Assembly (NCBI GenBank): GCA_000004985.1
Contig: GG738868.1
DNA: 64,000 nt
Source: Naegleria gruberi
Lineage: Eukaryota
Direction: 5' to 3' (one strand)
Shown: piece after piece, positions 22,338-34,473 of the stretch
Layout of the letters: each line of letters starts with the position of its first letter
How positions within the stretch are numbered: the first letter of the stretch is position 1
The notes under the pieces: model-generated
What the model saw: the letters and a program-made list of their open reading frames with translations, nothing else
What the model was told of the DNA's origin: nothing
The model's database searches: none
Made by a program: the position numbers and the translations under genes

Positions 22338-22452
22338 TGAAGAATTGGGAATGGAAAGGCTACTTTAGGTTGAGATTAATCAGACTTGGTGAAATTGAGA
22401 ATTGAATAAGGGTCAATAAATGATTATCAAACCTTTAAAAAGTTGCAAAAAT

Positions 22453-23211
22453 TCATTTTGTACAGACAATATTCACATCAGAGCAATTTCTTCCCATTCC
22501 AAAGAGTTTCATCCTCTGTTTCAGACACATCATATCTGTGTATAAAAATGGCTTTCTAACAAGATCTAATCCAAGATTGATTTCCATCTCGAAAGATTGT
22601 TCACATTTCGAACTAATCATTGGTTTGAATATCTTGGATTTGTATTTTTCATTGGTAAATCGATTTCCTAATGCATTTTCCAATAATTTTCCATTTCTTG
22701 TCACTTTGAATTCACCATTTTCATGATCGAGCAAAAATCCAAACACTTCATCTCCCTTCACATCAGCTAAATGCACTTTATTAGCAATGTATGCAGTAAA
22801 TCTCGTTTCCTGATAAACATTTCCAGTATCATAGCGAAATCCAATTGTGTCTTCATCCCATCCAACAATATCTTCTTTTACATGTTCAGTATTCGCTGTA
22901 AATCCAAATCCGAAAAAGAGATTCTTTAATTGTTGTTGTGGCCATAATTTTACTTCATAGTAGGTAAATCTCGTAGTGTCGTATAGTGTGGTTGATTCGG
23001 AAGGAATGGGAAGCAATAATGACTTGTAAGGTTTAATTCGAATGTTACCTATTGATGGAGGAATATCTGAAATGAGATTTGGATCATTGTTTTCCATATG
23101 AATCACATCAAGTGTTTGGATAGGAAGCATATCATCCTCATAATCCAATTCTGTCATTTTTTTCTTGTTAAAAAATTCAAAAGTTGACTTGGTTAAGAAT
23201 GTTGTAATCAT
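22453..23211 (-). CDS. SPRY/B30.2-domain protein.
   Basis: ATG at 23211. The SPRY-type core reads 'GFGFTANTEH...WDEDTIGFRYDTGNVY...VFGFLLDHENGEFKVTRNGK'. Confidence 0.6.
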   Translation of the reverse strand: MITTFLTKSTFEFFNKKKMTELDYEDDMLPIQTLDVIHMENNDPNLISDIPPSIGNIRIKPYKSLLLPIPSESTTLYDTTRFTYYEVKLWPQQQLKNLFFGFGFTANTEHVKEDIVGWDEDTIGFRYDTGNVYQETRFTAYIANKVHLADVKGDEVFGFLLDHENGEFKVTRNGKLLENALGNRFTNEKYKSKIFKPMISSKCEQSFEMEINLGLDLVRKPFLYTDMMCLKQRMKLFGMGRNCSDVNIVCTK

Positions 23212-23321
23212 TATTCAAGATCAATTTTAGAGTTTGCATTGCTTACCACATAGTATTCAAAAAGGACAAATTAGAACATGAAGAAAATACAATCATTCTC
23301 AAATAAAATCCAAAATTTAAT

Positions 23322-25129
23322 TTAGAGTTGACCATTTTCCCACTTGTCTTCAATCAAGCTCTTAACAATGGACCAACCACGGTGACCAATGATTGGATTT
23401 TCCATTTCACTGAATTCATCAGCCAACTTGTTGGCAGCAAGACCAGTTGGAATATTTTGATCTCTAGAAGTTTGCAAAATACGGGAAGCAATAACATAGA
23501 CAGCATTGTCCCAATCTCTACCGAAGTGTTTCAAAATTGCTGGGTCGTTCTTGACATAACCAAAGCATTCATTGGCACAATTGACAATACCCATACGGTT
23601 GTTCAAGTAATCTGGAACATAAATGATACCACGATTCTTAATCATGTGATCATGTTCAACAGGATCCAAAAGTTGATTGTTGGCAGCACCACAGACAATC
23701 TTACAGTTGAGCATTGGAATGGTAGTAGAGTTGATGATACCACCCAAAGCAGCTGGAGCAAAAACGTCACATGGTTCAGCAAAGATGCTCAAATCGTTTG
23801 GAGCAACAACTCTGAATTCAACATTTGGTGCATGCTTGAATTGTTCCTTTCTCATGGCAATCAAGTTCTTGTCGATATCAGTAGCAATAACCTTACCAAC
23901 ATTTCTCTTGACGAGTTCTTCAACAATGAAGCTAGCAACATTACCAGCACCTTGGACGACAACCTTCTTTCCACTCAAATCTCCCATACCGAGGAAATTA
24001 ACAGCAGCTTCCATACCACAGACAGTACCAATGGCAGTGGAGTGAGATGGGTTACCAGAACCACCAATACCTTGTGACAAACAACTGACGAAACGAGAAG
24101 ACTTTGATGAAGAAGAAATTATGATAAGTGTGTGAAAATTGATGATGATGAAATTGTAACGGTAACAAAAATATTTCACATTTGCATTTTGATTGGAAGT
24201 TGAAGGTGTTAATAATAAAGAGAGATAATATACATACATTGTGCATTCTATCACAATCTGGTGTAGTGAGACCAACGTCTTCAGCACCATAGTAGGCACC
24301 CTTCAATGAAGAAAGGAACTTTCCGTATTCACCAAAGATGACATCACGAGTAACATCATTAGCATAAGTAGCACCATCAGTCTTTTGGATGATACCCTTA
24401 CCACCACCTGTTGATTATTGATCCATCAAGTTTTAATAATTATTTTCCAATATTTGTTGTTCATATGATGATAGAATCGATTGTGTGTGAAAATATCGTG
24501 TGTGATTTTTAAAATTATATGAATTGTAAATATCATCAATAATAAATACTAACCCCACCATAAACCAGCAAGAGCATTCTTTCTATTAATTAAATTCAAC
24601 AAGTCCGATATCATCACAAGGAATTAAATTTCACAATCATCATCAATATTATGAAAATTAATTTCATATAAAATCACACAACATACCTAGTCATACCCAA
24701 GCTCAATCTCAAACCATCTCTAACGTAATCTTCCATAGAATTGTACTTCCACAATCTGACACCACCGTGTGCCAAACCTCTGTTTGATTTATGGAGGAAA
24801 GCAGAGAACAAGAGGTTAGACTTTGGACCAACTTGGAAGAAACAAGCTTCATGCTTCAAGAAATCTCTCTTATCCTTTGAAATAAATTCACCCAATTGAG
24901 CAAAAAGTGGATGACTAGTCACAACTTGTTGCTTTTCAGCATCATAAACAACATAACCTCTTTGAATGCCAGCCTTTTGCATTTCTTCTTGGAATTTTTC
25001 AACAGACAAGGATGCAACTCCATTTTGTTGTTGATTCAATTTTTGGGAGAATTGTCTGACGATCATTCCGGCTTGGAAAGTTGTTTGCTTATTACCAGCA
25101 ACAACACGACGGCTCACAGTGTTGAACAT
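23322..25129 (-). CDS. Leu/Phe/Val dehydrogenase-family enzyme (Glu/Leu/Phe/Val DH superfamily, LeuDH-like) with an N-terminal mitochondrial-type presequence. Four exons: ~24687..25129, 24554..24582, ~24238..24407 and 23322..~24101.
   Basis: Real ATG near 25129; the track start at 25180 is TTG. The spliced protein reads '...GLRLSLGMTRKNALAGLWWGGGKGII...DRMHN|SSRFVSCLSQGIGGSGNPSHSTAIG...VVVQGAGNVAS...'. This matches the LeuDH motifs 'RGMTYKNALAGLxLGGGK' and the Rossmann motif 'GxGxVG'. Confidence 0.8.
24554..24582 (-). other. Microexon of 29 nt encoding 'KNALAGLWW(G)', just before the GGGK loop.
   Basis: It is flanked by a 'ttaattaatag' acceptor and a 'gttagtat' donor. Including it is required to restore both the frame and the conserved LeuDH motif. 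Confidence 0.7.
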
Positions 25130-25632
25130 TTTTTTTTCTTCTTTCAAAAACACGCTCAATGCAGAACTCGCCGTTTTCAAAGCCTAATTAAGACTGTTAG
25201 ACAATAAAGGAAGGGAAGGCGCGAAAATGATTTTTTTGATTAAGGCTTCTAATTTGGACTTGATATGAAATTTAACATGCATTGTGTGTGAAATTATTTG
25301 TAATGCATGGCAAGGAATACAAGTATTAGCTTGTTGAAAATAAATCATAAAATTGGGTGGAGTGTATAGGTTGGGGAAAATTTCAGATTGTGTATTGGTC
25401 TATTCATTACAGTACATCAAAGTGAGCTCTTTATAGGAAGTTATCCAACTCCCTATCGTCCTTCCTCATTGAAAAAGCATTCCTTGCTACTGCAATTTCA
25501 GAGTTGTTTGATGGTTCATTCTGTTTGGACAATTTTCCTTTGAACAAAAAAAACCCTTGATATCAACACTAAAACCATTCACCTTCCTTGCAAAGACCAA
25601 TTGTCCTGAAATTTACCTCTCTCTTAAACAAC

Positions 25633-27411
25633 ATGTTGGGCGACAATGAAGAAGAATTGCAAAACTATCAATATTATCTTCATGAAAACTCCGAGAGCTT
25701 CAACCAGACAAAAAAAATGAGAAACGAGACTTTTCTGGAGGCTCATGATGATGAAAATAATTACTCTTCATCAGGGATGAGCAAACATCAGCAGCATCAG
25801 CAGCAACAACAGGAAGTCTCCTCTTCATCATTGAATTCTCGGGAACAATATGGAGATGAAGATAACTTGTATGTCCGAGGAAGTTGGAGGAGTAGAATCA
25901 AGAGTTATTTGGAAAATAGATTTGGAGAATTAACATTCAAAAATTTATCGTTGAGAGGATTGAGATTTTTGGCTGTTTTCTTATTTTCTCAAGTGATATC
26001 TTGTTTATTAACATCGACAGGAATATTTAGTACTTTTTTAACAAACAAATTCAATATTAATTTACCAACATTACAGAATGCGATTAGTTACACGACATTG
26101 TTGGCATTTTACTTTCCTTTATTGCTGGTTCACAAATGGTGTTTTCCAGTTGTGAAGAAAGTAAAGAGAATTAATTTTGCAGCTATTGGAGCTAGGAAAT
26201 CGAGGAAAGCTAGGAAAACTTCAGAGAATAGTCGATTAATATCTGAATCTAGTGAATCATCATTGAGACAGCAAGAAGTATCTTCGCCAACTGAGAGTGG
26301 TATTGCTGCTTCGGAGTCAATGAGTAGTGTGGGAGAAACTGCACTCACTACAGCAGATGTCAATACCACAACTATTACTTCACCAAAACCACTCGTGACA
26401 CATACCTCATTCCAAAAAATTGAGGACGAGGAAGAACAAGAGGAAGAAGAGGGAATCAAGACATGTTTCCAATCAATTTTCAAACGTTTATATATACCTG
26501 AAAGATGGAATATGAAGCCATGGAAATACATCTTCTTTGCTTTTGCTGACGTGGAGGCCAACTTTTTGGTTGTTAAGGCCTATCAGTACACAACCATTAC
26601 TTCTGTCATGCTCTTGGATTGTTTCACAATTCCAAGTGTCATGTTACTGAGCTTTTTATTTTTGAATAGAACTTATAGGTGGACTCACATTGTAGGTGTT
26701 TTGATTTGTTTGACAGGTTTAGGGCTTTTGGTATTGAGCGACTATTTGAGAAGTATTAGTGAGGAACATCATCAAACTTCGGAAAATCCATGGTATTACC
26801 TATTGATGGGCGATGCCTTCTGTATTGTTGGCTCATTTTGCTATGCTATCAGTAATGTAGCTCAAGAATATGCCTTAAAATCAGAGGATCACTTTTCACA
26901 ACTCATGGCTGACCCATCATCCACCGATATCGAACCAACATCACCAACATCCACAACTGCTCCTCCAGAAGTTTCCAAACCAAGACTCAGTGACAATGAT
27001 TGTGCCATTGAATATTTGGGTATGGTAGGATTATTTGGAACTATCATTGCCATCATTCAAACACTCATTTTCGAAAGAGAAGATATCATGAACACAAAAT
27101 GGACACCTCAATCAATGATGTACATGGCTGGATTTGCTGCTTCCATGTTCTTTATCTATACCCTTGTTCCTCACTTGATTAGATGGAGTAGTGCAACCTT
27201 TATGAATCTTTCCTTCCTGACGAGTGATATCTTTGCAGTCATTGCTAGTGTATTCCTCTTTGGTCAATCAGTTTATCCACTCTATTATTTTGCCTATGCC
27301 ATTATTGCCATTGGTTTAGTTTTCTACAATCTCTTACAGGAAGAAGAAAGAAAATCAAAGAGTGTTTGGGCCAAGGGAAAACTGTTACTTGTAAAATGTT
27401 TCAGAAAGTAA
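25633..27411 (+). CDS. SLC35F1/F2-like transporter (drug/metabolite-transporter superfamily) with a long hydrophilic N-terminal extension.
   Basis: Real ATG at 25633. The core 'FADVEANFLVVKAYQYTTITSVMLLDCFTIPSVMLLSFLFL...HIVGVLICLTGLGLLVLSD' matches the SLC35F family, and about ten TM helices are present. Confidence 0.75.
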   Translation: MLGDNEEELQNYQYYLHENSESFNQTKKMRNETFLEAHDDENNYSSSGMSKHQQHQQQQQEVSSSSLNSREQYGDEDNLYVRGSWRSRIKSYLENRFGELTFKNLSLRGLRFLAVFLFSQVISCLLTSTGIFSTFLTNKFNINLPTLQNAISYTTLLAFYFPLLLVHKWCFPVVKKVKRINFAAIGARKSRKARKTSENSRLISESSESSLRQQEVSSPTESGIAASESMSSVGETALTTADVNTTTITSPKPLVTHTSFQKIEDEEEQEEEEGIKTCFQSIFKRLYIPERWNMKPWKYIFFAFADVEANFLVVKAYQYTTITSVMLLDCFTIPSVMLLSFLFLNRTYRWTHIVGVLICLTGLGLLVLSDYLRSISEEHHQTSENPWYYLLMGDAFCIVGSFCYAISNVAQEYALKSEDHFSQLMADPSSTDIEPTSPTSTTAPPEVSKPRLSDNDCAIEYLGMVGLFGTIIAIIQTLIFEREDIMNTKWTPQSMMYMAGFAASMFFIYTLVPHLIRWSSATFMNLSFLTSDIFAVIASVFLFGQSVYPLYYFAYAIIAIGLVFYNLLQEEERKSKSVWAKGKLLLVKCFRK

Positions 27412-27526
27412 AAATTTACCGCTCAAAACAATTTGCATCTAAGGATCTATTTTGAACTTTTACTCTGGCTTATCAGCCATCAAGTCATTTCAGTGAAACC
27501 CTCTCTGTCACTAATCATACAAAAAA

Positions 27527-30500
27527 ATGGTTCAACAACAGCAGAACGTTCCATCACCAATTGGCACGATGGATCGTTCGACTGCCACTGTCGAATTACA
27601 TCAATTACATCATCACCAGCAACACCAAGAAGAGCATCAACAACAACAACAATATTACACTCTCAACAAGAAAAAGAAGAGAAATTTGCTCCTTCTCATT
27701 ATTCTCTCCTTGTTTGGTGCTAGTCTCTTGTTGGTTTTGGCTTTCCCATTGATGAGAAAATTGTTCCATCATCACTTTGGTCACCAACAAGAACATCATA
27801 ACGGAATGATGGATTCGAATCAACAACATCATTACTTCCATAGAAAACATGGCTCTCCAGATGGCCTTTTTCATAGACAACATTCACCACAAGGGGCTCA
27901 TCCGAATCCATTCAAAGAATTTTCTCAACATCAACATCATCACGATCGTCACTATAATTCCATTCATCTCAAAAATAGACAAATTCACATTCCTTCTACA
28001 GATGATCATTTTAAGAGATTTGGAAATTCTCATCATTCTCAATCACAACAATTTTCCTCCTCAATTATTAAACTCTTCCGTTCAGCACTTTCAATCTTTT
28101 CTTCAGAAAAGAATGAAAATTTTGGCGCCAAAACTACAAGAAGCTTGAATGAAAAGGGTGAGATGATGCAAACCTTCTTATTACATTTTAAAAAAAATTA
28201 CGATAAAGTTGGCGCGCAAAGACAAGCAACAACAAGAAGCAATGCAGAAGGAAAGGATGAAGTTTTTGAGGCTTGGTTAGAGAAGGGCTTGAAACAATTC
28301 AATGTTCGATTGGGACATTATATTCCTCACAGAACTTTTATGATTAGTGGAAGTGAGAATAATGTTTGGAGAGCAAGAGAGTGGATTAATTCTGAATTGA
28401 GTGAATTGTCTTGGTTTGAATCATTGTTTGAAGAGAGTGAGGCTTGCTGGATTGGACCAGTTGAGAGTAAGGATAAATCAGTTTCTGATGATATTTTGGA
28501 AGTTCACTTGGATAAGACTGTTGCAGTTGAACGTATCATGAGAGGTGATGCACCATATGATGATGCTTTCAGATACATGACAAGAAAATTGTTGGCTAAC
28601 AATGATAAGGGTAGAGATGTACATTTTATTGTTACTGCCAATGTTGCCAAACATGAAAGTAAGGAAGAATTGGAAAAGAGTGAACTTTTGAATGCAAATT
28701 CTGAAATTATGCAAAGGCTCAAGAAACATGACATTGTCAATGTTCAAGCTGTTTCAAATTCCAAGATTGCCATTGGTGTTAATGGTCATAAGGATGCAAT
28801 GAATGTTGCTCAAGATCTCAGAGAACACGGTTTGATTCATTGGGTGGAAGTTAAAACTCCAACCACCACCCACGGTAAATATTCGAATGGTCTCGTCCAA
28901 AGTTATAAGAAACCAACAGAGAAACCAATTTGGAATATGGGCATTACAGGTCAAGGACAAGTTATTGGTGTAGGTGATACTGGCGTAGATTATTATCATT
29001 GTTTCTTCTATGACGAAAATAATGAACCACCATTCCAAACTACTTTGGCTGGCGCCTCAGCAACAACCACCTCTGCTCACAGAAAGTTCAAATCATTCTG
29101 GGCCTATATGGACAAGATTGACTCTGAACAAGGACACGGTACTCACGTTACAGGTATTGCTGCTGGTAAGGCTCACACCTCAAGTAATCCAACCACTATG
29201 CAAGAACACAATGCAGTAGCTCAAGATGCTAAACTTGCTTTCATGGATGCTGGTTGTGATACTGACTCTTGTAAATGTCCTGCTGATGTTTTGTGTGAAT
29301 GCGATATGAAGGATGGCAAGATTTGTCCAAAAAAGTTCGGTGTTGTTTACTTGCCACTCGATCTTTATGAATCATATTTCCCATACTTTTATCAAAATGG
29401 AGCCAGAGTTGTTAGTAGCTCATGGGGAACTGGCTTTTTCAAAGATTTTGGATTTGGTTATTCCACAAATTCTAGAGAAATTGACATGTTTGCTTGGGAA
29501 AAGAAAGATTTCTTACCAGTCTTTGCTGCTGGTAATAGTGGTGGTGTTTTTGGTTATGCTTCTCTAACTAGTGAAGCTGAATCAAAGAATGGTGTTTCTG
29601 TTGGAGCTTCTTTGAGCACCTATCAAAGTTTCGAACAAACTGTTAACCTGACTTCTACTCAATTAATTATTGACAGATTGAGAATTGAACTCTATCAAAG
29701 ATTTTGCCAAAAATCAAGTGATTTATATGATGCTGACAAGTGTACTGCTGCCCAAAAGTTCACCACTGTCGATGACTGCTGTAATAATGGAGGAAAATGT
29801 ACTACAATTAGTAGCGCTTGTTGTGGTGTTCAAACTTTCTCTCCATTCACAACCATTGGTTTCAGATGTTGCCCAGATTGTATCAGACTTGAAATGAAGG
29901 AACACCCAGAATATTACAGTCAAGAAAATCTTGCAGTTTTTACTGCCAGAGGTCCAACTCGTAAGTATCTCCAAAATCTAATAATTTCTAACAATTACAA
30001 ATAGTTGATAACCGTATCAAGCCAGATATCGTCACTGTTGGAGAAAAGATTCTCTCAGCTCGCTCAGCTGGTACAACCTCAGATAGAAAGTGTGGAGCTT
30101 CAGAATTTAAAAAGATTGAAGATCAAATGATTTATCACGAAGGTACTTCAATGGCTGCACCTCTTGCTGTACGTGTTTATAATTTTCTTTTACTAATTGT
30201 TCTTGTTATTATTCATTTCAATTTTGAAAATATAGGCCTCAGCTATTGCCTTGATTAGACAATACTATCAAGAAGGATATTTAAGTGGAGCTAAGGATCC
30301 TGCTAAGGGATTCAATCCTTCTGCTGCTTTGGTTAAGGCCACCTTGATTCACTCTGCCAAACCATTGACTGGTTATGTTCATCTGCTTTCAAAGCATATG
30401 GTATGTTTTATATTTGTCATTTAGAACTAATTGAATTTTGTTAGTATTGGCCACTTCAATATAAGGAAGGACACACCTTTGCACTTCAAAGTACATACAT

Positions 30501-31351
30501 GCAAGGATTCGGACACATTGATCTCAGTAATGTCATGGATAAGAGTATGAATCTCTATATTCCAAACAAGGAAGATGCCCAACTTTCAACAGGTCAAGCT
30601 CACCAATATTGTCTCAATGTCAAGTCTCAAGCAACTAATCCACTCAAGGTAACAATTGTTTGGACCGATCCACCTAGTTCACCTGCAGCAAAAATTCACC
30701 TTGTCAATGACTTGGACTTGGTTGTCGTTACTCCAAGTGGTGATAAATTGTTTGGTAATGGAGGTAAATCTTCTGTCAAGCAAACAAGAGATGAACCTGA
30801 TCAATTGAATAATGTAGAACAAGTTGAAATGGAAACAACTGATCCAGTAGGAAAGTACAATATTAGTAAGTTTTTCAAAATCTTAATTTAGTATTAACAA
30901 TCAAATAGTCGTGAGAGGTAATGCTGTAACTAAAGGACCACAACCATATGCTATCGTTATTACAGGTGATTTTGAACTTACAAGTGGTTGCGCTGCTTAT
31001 TCTTTCATTCCATATGCTTATTTGGCAGAAAGAGTTCAAACATACAGTAACTTGTCTATTGCTTTTGGTATTCTATCAGTTATTTGTATTCCAGCTCTTG
31101 CATTCTTGTCCATTTATTTATACATACAATATAGAAAGATTACCACCTCTAGTCAAGGTTATAGATCTGCAGACATTGGTCAAAACACAAGAACCTATGT
31201 CGATATTGGAGACGATGACAATTTTGAATTGAAAAACTTGAGAAAGAATTATCAAATTGATGAAAGTGACGACGATGATAATACTGAAATCAATAGAAGA
31301 GGAGGTACAGCAAGTGAAAAGGCTCAATTAGGTATGACAGATCGTGAATAA
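27527..31351 (+). CDS. Subtilisin-like (S8) serine protease. It has a His/Gln-rich N-terminal region, an N-terminal signal-anchor helix, a pro-domain, the catalytic domain, a P/beta-barrel-like domain and a C-terminal TM anchor. Five exons: 27527..~29960, ~30005..30168, ~30236..30400, ~30445..30865 and ~30909..31351.
   Basis: ATG at 27527. The catalytic triad is visible as Asp 'VIGVGDTGVD', His 'HGTHVTGIAAG' and Ser 'HEGTSMAAPLA', with the oxyanion Asn in 'AAGNSGG'. Splicing gives 'GPT|LDNRIKPDIV...'. There are four GT-AG introns of 43-67 nt. Confidence 0.85.
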
Positions 31352-31455
31352 AGTATTTTTTATAAGTTTAAGGAAGATGAGCAAAACAATGCGTAAACTT
31401 CTAGGGTAAAGATTGGAACTTTAATGAAAGACTAAACAGTAAAGTAGATAATAAA

Positions 31456-34400
31456 TTAATTGAGTTTATGTGATTCATCTTCGTAATTTACAATGTAAAA
31501 ACTGCCTGATTCCAAACTACTGAGGAAAAAACCTTGTTCTCCGACCAAATAATCTTGATAGGCAAACTCCTTGATAAAACCAATTTGTGTAAACATATCC
31601 TTAGTGGCTGCAACACAAATGACACAAATGAATACTGGAATAAAGTCATCTGCAGAAACAAATTGATCTCCCTCAGATTTCAATGGTTGTTTTGTTTTGG
31701 AGAAGTAAATCTTATTCATCACTTCTTTGGCAGCCAATGTAATGATATTAAGTTTGGCAGATGGGCTGTATGGTTTGGTATCTGAAACCTTATCATGAGA
31801 ATCTTCAGAAATTGTTCGAATTAAATCTATGGCTGTCTTGTATTCTTCCTTGAATTTTACCATTTCTTCATCAATTATAAATTGTCTATACTCGTTATCG
31901 TGTAAATCCTTCTCGTCTATCTTTTTACTTTCAAGTAATAGTTGGCCAACAAGTTTGTTGGAAACATCTAAACATTTAACATAAAAGGCCTCGTCCATCA
32001 TTTTCATTTCATTTCTGACTTGACACAAGGAGCAGTCATACATGATCATTCCTCTTGTTTGTGAAGTATATTCAAATGTCATGGATTCTAAAACTTCATA
32101 AACTTGATACCATGAAAGATTAATCTTAATCATGGAGCTAACCTTTTCAGTGAGAGCCTTGAGGAAATCTTGTAACTTTTGGTTACCAACTGTAGTATTA
32201 ACAGGTGAGTTGAGGAATTTTTGTACAAATTGATGGATTTGAGTGCAGAAAAAGTTAGAATGTTGACCTGATGTGATGGTGTTACGAAGACGTTGTTGCA
32301 TTTGTTTGACCATTTGGCTGGCATGTTTCTTTCTCTCCTCCGATGAGGCTAATTGTTGAGATTTAATCTCTGATTGAATATCTTCCTTAATATGTTTGAG
32401 TTGGAGGAGGTAGGAATCGCCGCGTTCAATTCTACTCTTAAACTTTTCAATAATATGTCTGCTTGTGAGTTTAAAGAAACAAATGTCAATCAAATCATTC
32501 TTGCTTGGCATATCTATGAGTGATCTCATTTCTCGTTCAATCTCAAAGTTATCATCCAACACGAATAGTCTTTGAGGTATATTGTTACTCACAAGATTAC
32601 CATATCTCAAACAATTGGTGGCAAATCGTTGAGTATTGACAACCTTGATAAGTAAATTCTCTATTAATCCAAGTTGATACATAATCAAGCTGATCTGATT
32701 ACTGGTTTGTTTGAGCTTTGTTGTGGCATCCGAAAGATTGGCATGCACTTCTTGAATGGTTTGTCTAAGACCATTCAAAGCAGATGAAGTGTTGGTATCC
32801 AAACGAATTTGTGACCCTTCATTGGTCACTCCATAGGCTTGTGTATAGAGATTGTATCGTCCAGCAATCTCTTGATAGGTACTGCTCAGAGTTTTCTTGG
32901 TAGTGTTAAGCTCAAAGGATTGAGTGTACAAATGATCAAGTTGTTTCAAATTCTCTGTATTCCAACGTGAAAGCTCCTTGCTGATATCATTCAGTGAAAG
33001 TATCAAGTGTCTCCATTCGTAGGCCAATAAAAGTCTTGAGAGTTGAATAGATTTTTTAAAGTAAAGAGGTGAGTGTTCTCTAATCTTCTCCTCGATGGTT
33101 AATAAATATTGGAATTGTGGTTTGGTGTTAGATTTTTGGGAAAATGGTAAATTGTAGGTACAGGTTGGCTTGGTTGTCCAATCAATTTCTGACAAGACTC
33201 TTATTTTTTCTGTAAGTAATTCCAGTCTCGTTCGGTTAATTTCTTCATTTAACGATTCAATGTGAAAGATTCTGTCAATACTCAAATTCTTCATATTGGT
33301 GGATGAATTCAAATTGTTGCTAGCACTTTCAACTCTTGGTGGAGATTGGCTTGAAAATGATGATAATCCTTTGATGGATTCTCTTAATATCAAAGACTGT
33401 TGCTGTAGAATAAAGCTTCTTTCTTCACGTTCTCTCTTATTTTGCTCATTCTTTTGTATTTTCCTTGTTAGGCCTTCAACAAAAGATGTCAGCTCTTTTT
33501 TGTAACATTCCAAATCCAAAGTGCTTTCTTCATCTTCTGTTGATTTTGCAACATTTGAACTGATGGGCACTAAGCAATTACCACCCAAGGAAATAAATCT
33601 TGAGGGTGACTTGTCCATGCCAACAAACAGTAAATGCTTTAGAACACAAATCCACTCACTTCTTTTTTGTTCACTATCTGTTGATAGGAGTAGAACCTCC
33701 TGTTGATCGTCACTTTTACAGCAGAATGTAAATTTCCTATTAGAATTTCCAATAACTGGGTGTAAAGCTGGTGAATCTTCATCGTCATTGGATTGCCTTC
33801 TAGAGAGAGCATCAGAATTCTTTCTAGGAGTTGTCATTGCTGAGCAAGTACTTGCTGATGAAGATGATGGATTTAAATCAATACACAGATTGTCACCACT
33901 AATAGGAGCAATAAAATCTTCTTGCTCCTCTCTATACATTGGAACGTGATCGGTATTACTGGAGCTACCTTCAATACTCCGTCCTGAATTCAACAATAGA
34001 GGGGATTGATAGCTCGTTGATGTTTGCTGTGCATATACCTCTATAATACTGTCATAAAAAGATTTTTGTGAATAGGAAGTATAATTGAGTGGTAAAATAT
34101 GATGATATTGAAGAAGATTGGTCTTCATCTCGTGATTAATATTCTGTTGATTATTCTGTGGTCGTGTCTTGTATTGATACAAGTGATAATCTGTATGTAT
34201 TTCAAACCATCTTGGTTGTCCTATTTGTAATTTTCCATGTTGCTGACTTGATTCGTAATTTACATCCGATATTGTATTGCTATCCTTCTGTTGTTGCAAT
34301 ATCTGTTGCTGTTGTTGTTGTTGATTATTATATACAATAGGAGATGATGAATCAGAGGAAGAATAAATTATCTTTGAAGGTGTTTTACTCTCTTTTTCTT

Positions 34401-34473
34401 CCATCATCATGTTCGAAAAGGCTTCAACTGGATACAGATATCCACAATAAATAATTTCATGATGATTTTCCAT
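31456..34473 (-). CDS. VPS9-domain (Rab5-family GEF) protein of 1005 aa with poly-Q tracts and coiled-coil regions.
   Basis: ATG at 34473. The C-terminal VPS9 motif reads 'ADDFIPVFICVICVAATKDMFTQIGFIKEFA...GEQGFFLSSLESG'. Confidence 0.65.
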   Translation of the reverse strand: MENHHEIIYCGYLYPVEAFSNMMMEEKESKTPSKIIYSSSDSSSPIVYNNQQQQQQQILQQQKDSNTISDVNYESSQQHGKLQIGQPRWFEIHTDYHLYQYKTRPQNNQQNINHEMKTNLLQYHHILPLNYTSYSQKSFYDSIIEVYAQQTSTSYQSPLLLNSGRSIEGSSSNTDHVPMYREEQEDFIAPISGDNLCIDLNPSSSSASTCSAMTTPRKNSDALSRRQSNDDEDSPALHPVIGNSNRKFTFCCKSDDQQEVLLLSTDSEQKRSEWICVLKHLLFVGMDKSPSRFISLGGNCLVPISSNVAKSTEDEESTLDLECYKKELTSFVEGLTRKIQKNEQNKREREERSFILQQQSLILRESIKGLSSFSSQSPPRVESASNNLNSSTNMKNLSIDRIFHIESLNEEINRTRLELLTEKIRVLSEIDWTTKPTCTYNLPFSQKSNTKPQFQYLLTIEEKIREHSPLYFKKSIQLSRLLLAYEWRHLILSLNDISKELSRWNTENLKQLDHLYTQSFELNTTKKTLSSTYQEIAGRYNLYTQAYGVTNEGSQIRLDTNTSSALNGLRQTIQEVHANLSDATTKLKQTSNQISLIMYQLGLIENLLIKVVNTQRFATNCLRYGNLVSNNIPQRLFVLDDNFEIEREMRSLIDMPSKNDLIDICFFKLTSRHIIEKFKSRIERGDSYLLQLKHIKEDIQSEIKSQQLASSEERKKHASQMVKQMQQRLRNTITSGQHSNFFCTQIHQFVQKFLNSPVNTTVGNQKLQDFLKALTEKVSSMIKINLSWYQVYEVLESMTFEYTSQTRGMIMYDCSLCQVRNEMKMMDEAFYVKCLDVSNKLVGQLLLESKKIDEKDLHDNEYRQFIIDEEMVKFKEEYKTAIDLIRTISEDSHDKVSDTKPYSPSAKLNIITLAAKEVMNKIYFSKTKQPLKSEGDQFVSADDFIPVFICVICVAATKDMFTQIGFIKEFAYQDYLVGEQGFFLSSLESGSFYIVNYEDESHKLN

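Noticed and set aside
23328-24306. Plus-strand ORFs 23328..24077 and 23677..24045, and minus-strand ORF 24052..24306, within the dehydrogenase gene.
   Set aside because: The first two are antisense to a well-conserved exon. The third lies inside the 136-nt intron and flanking sequence in the wrong frame.
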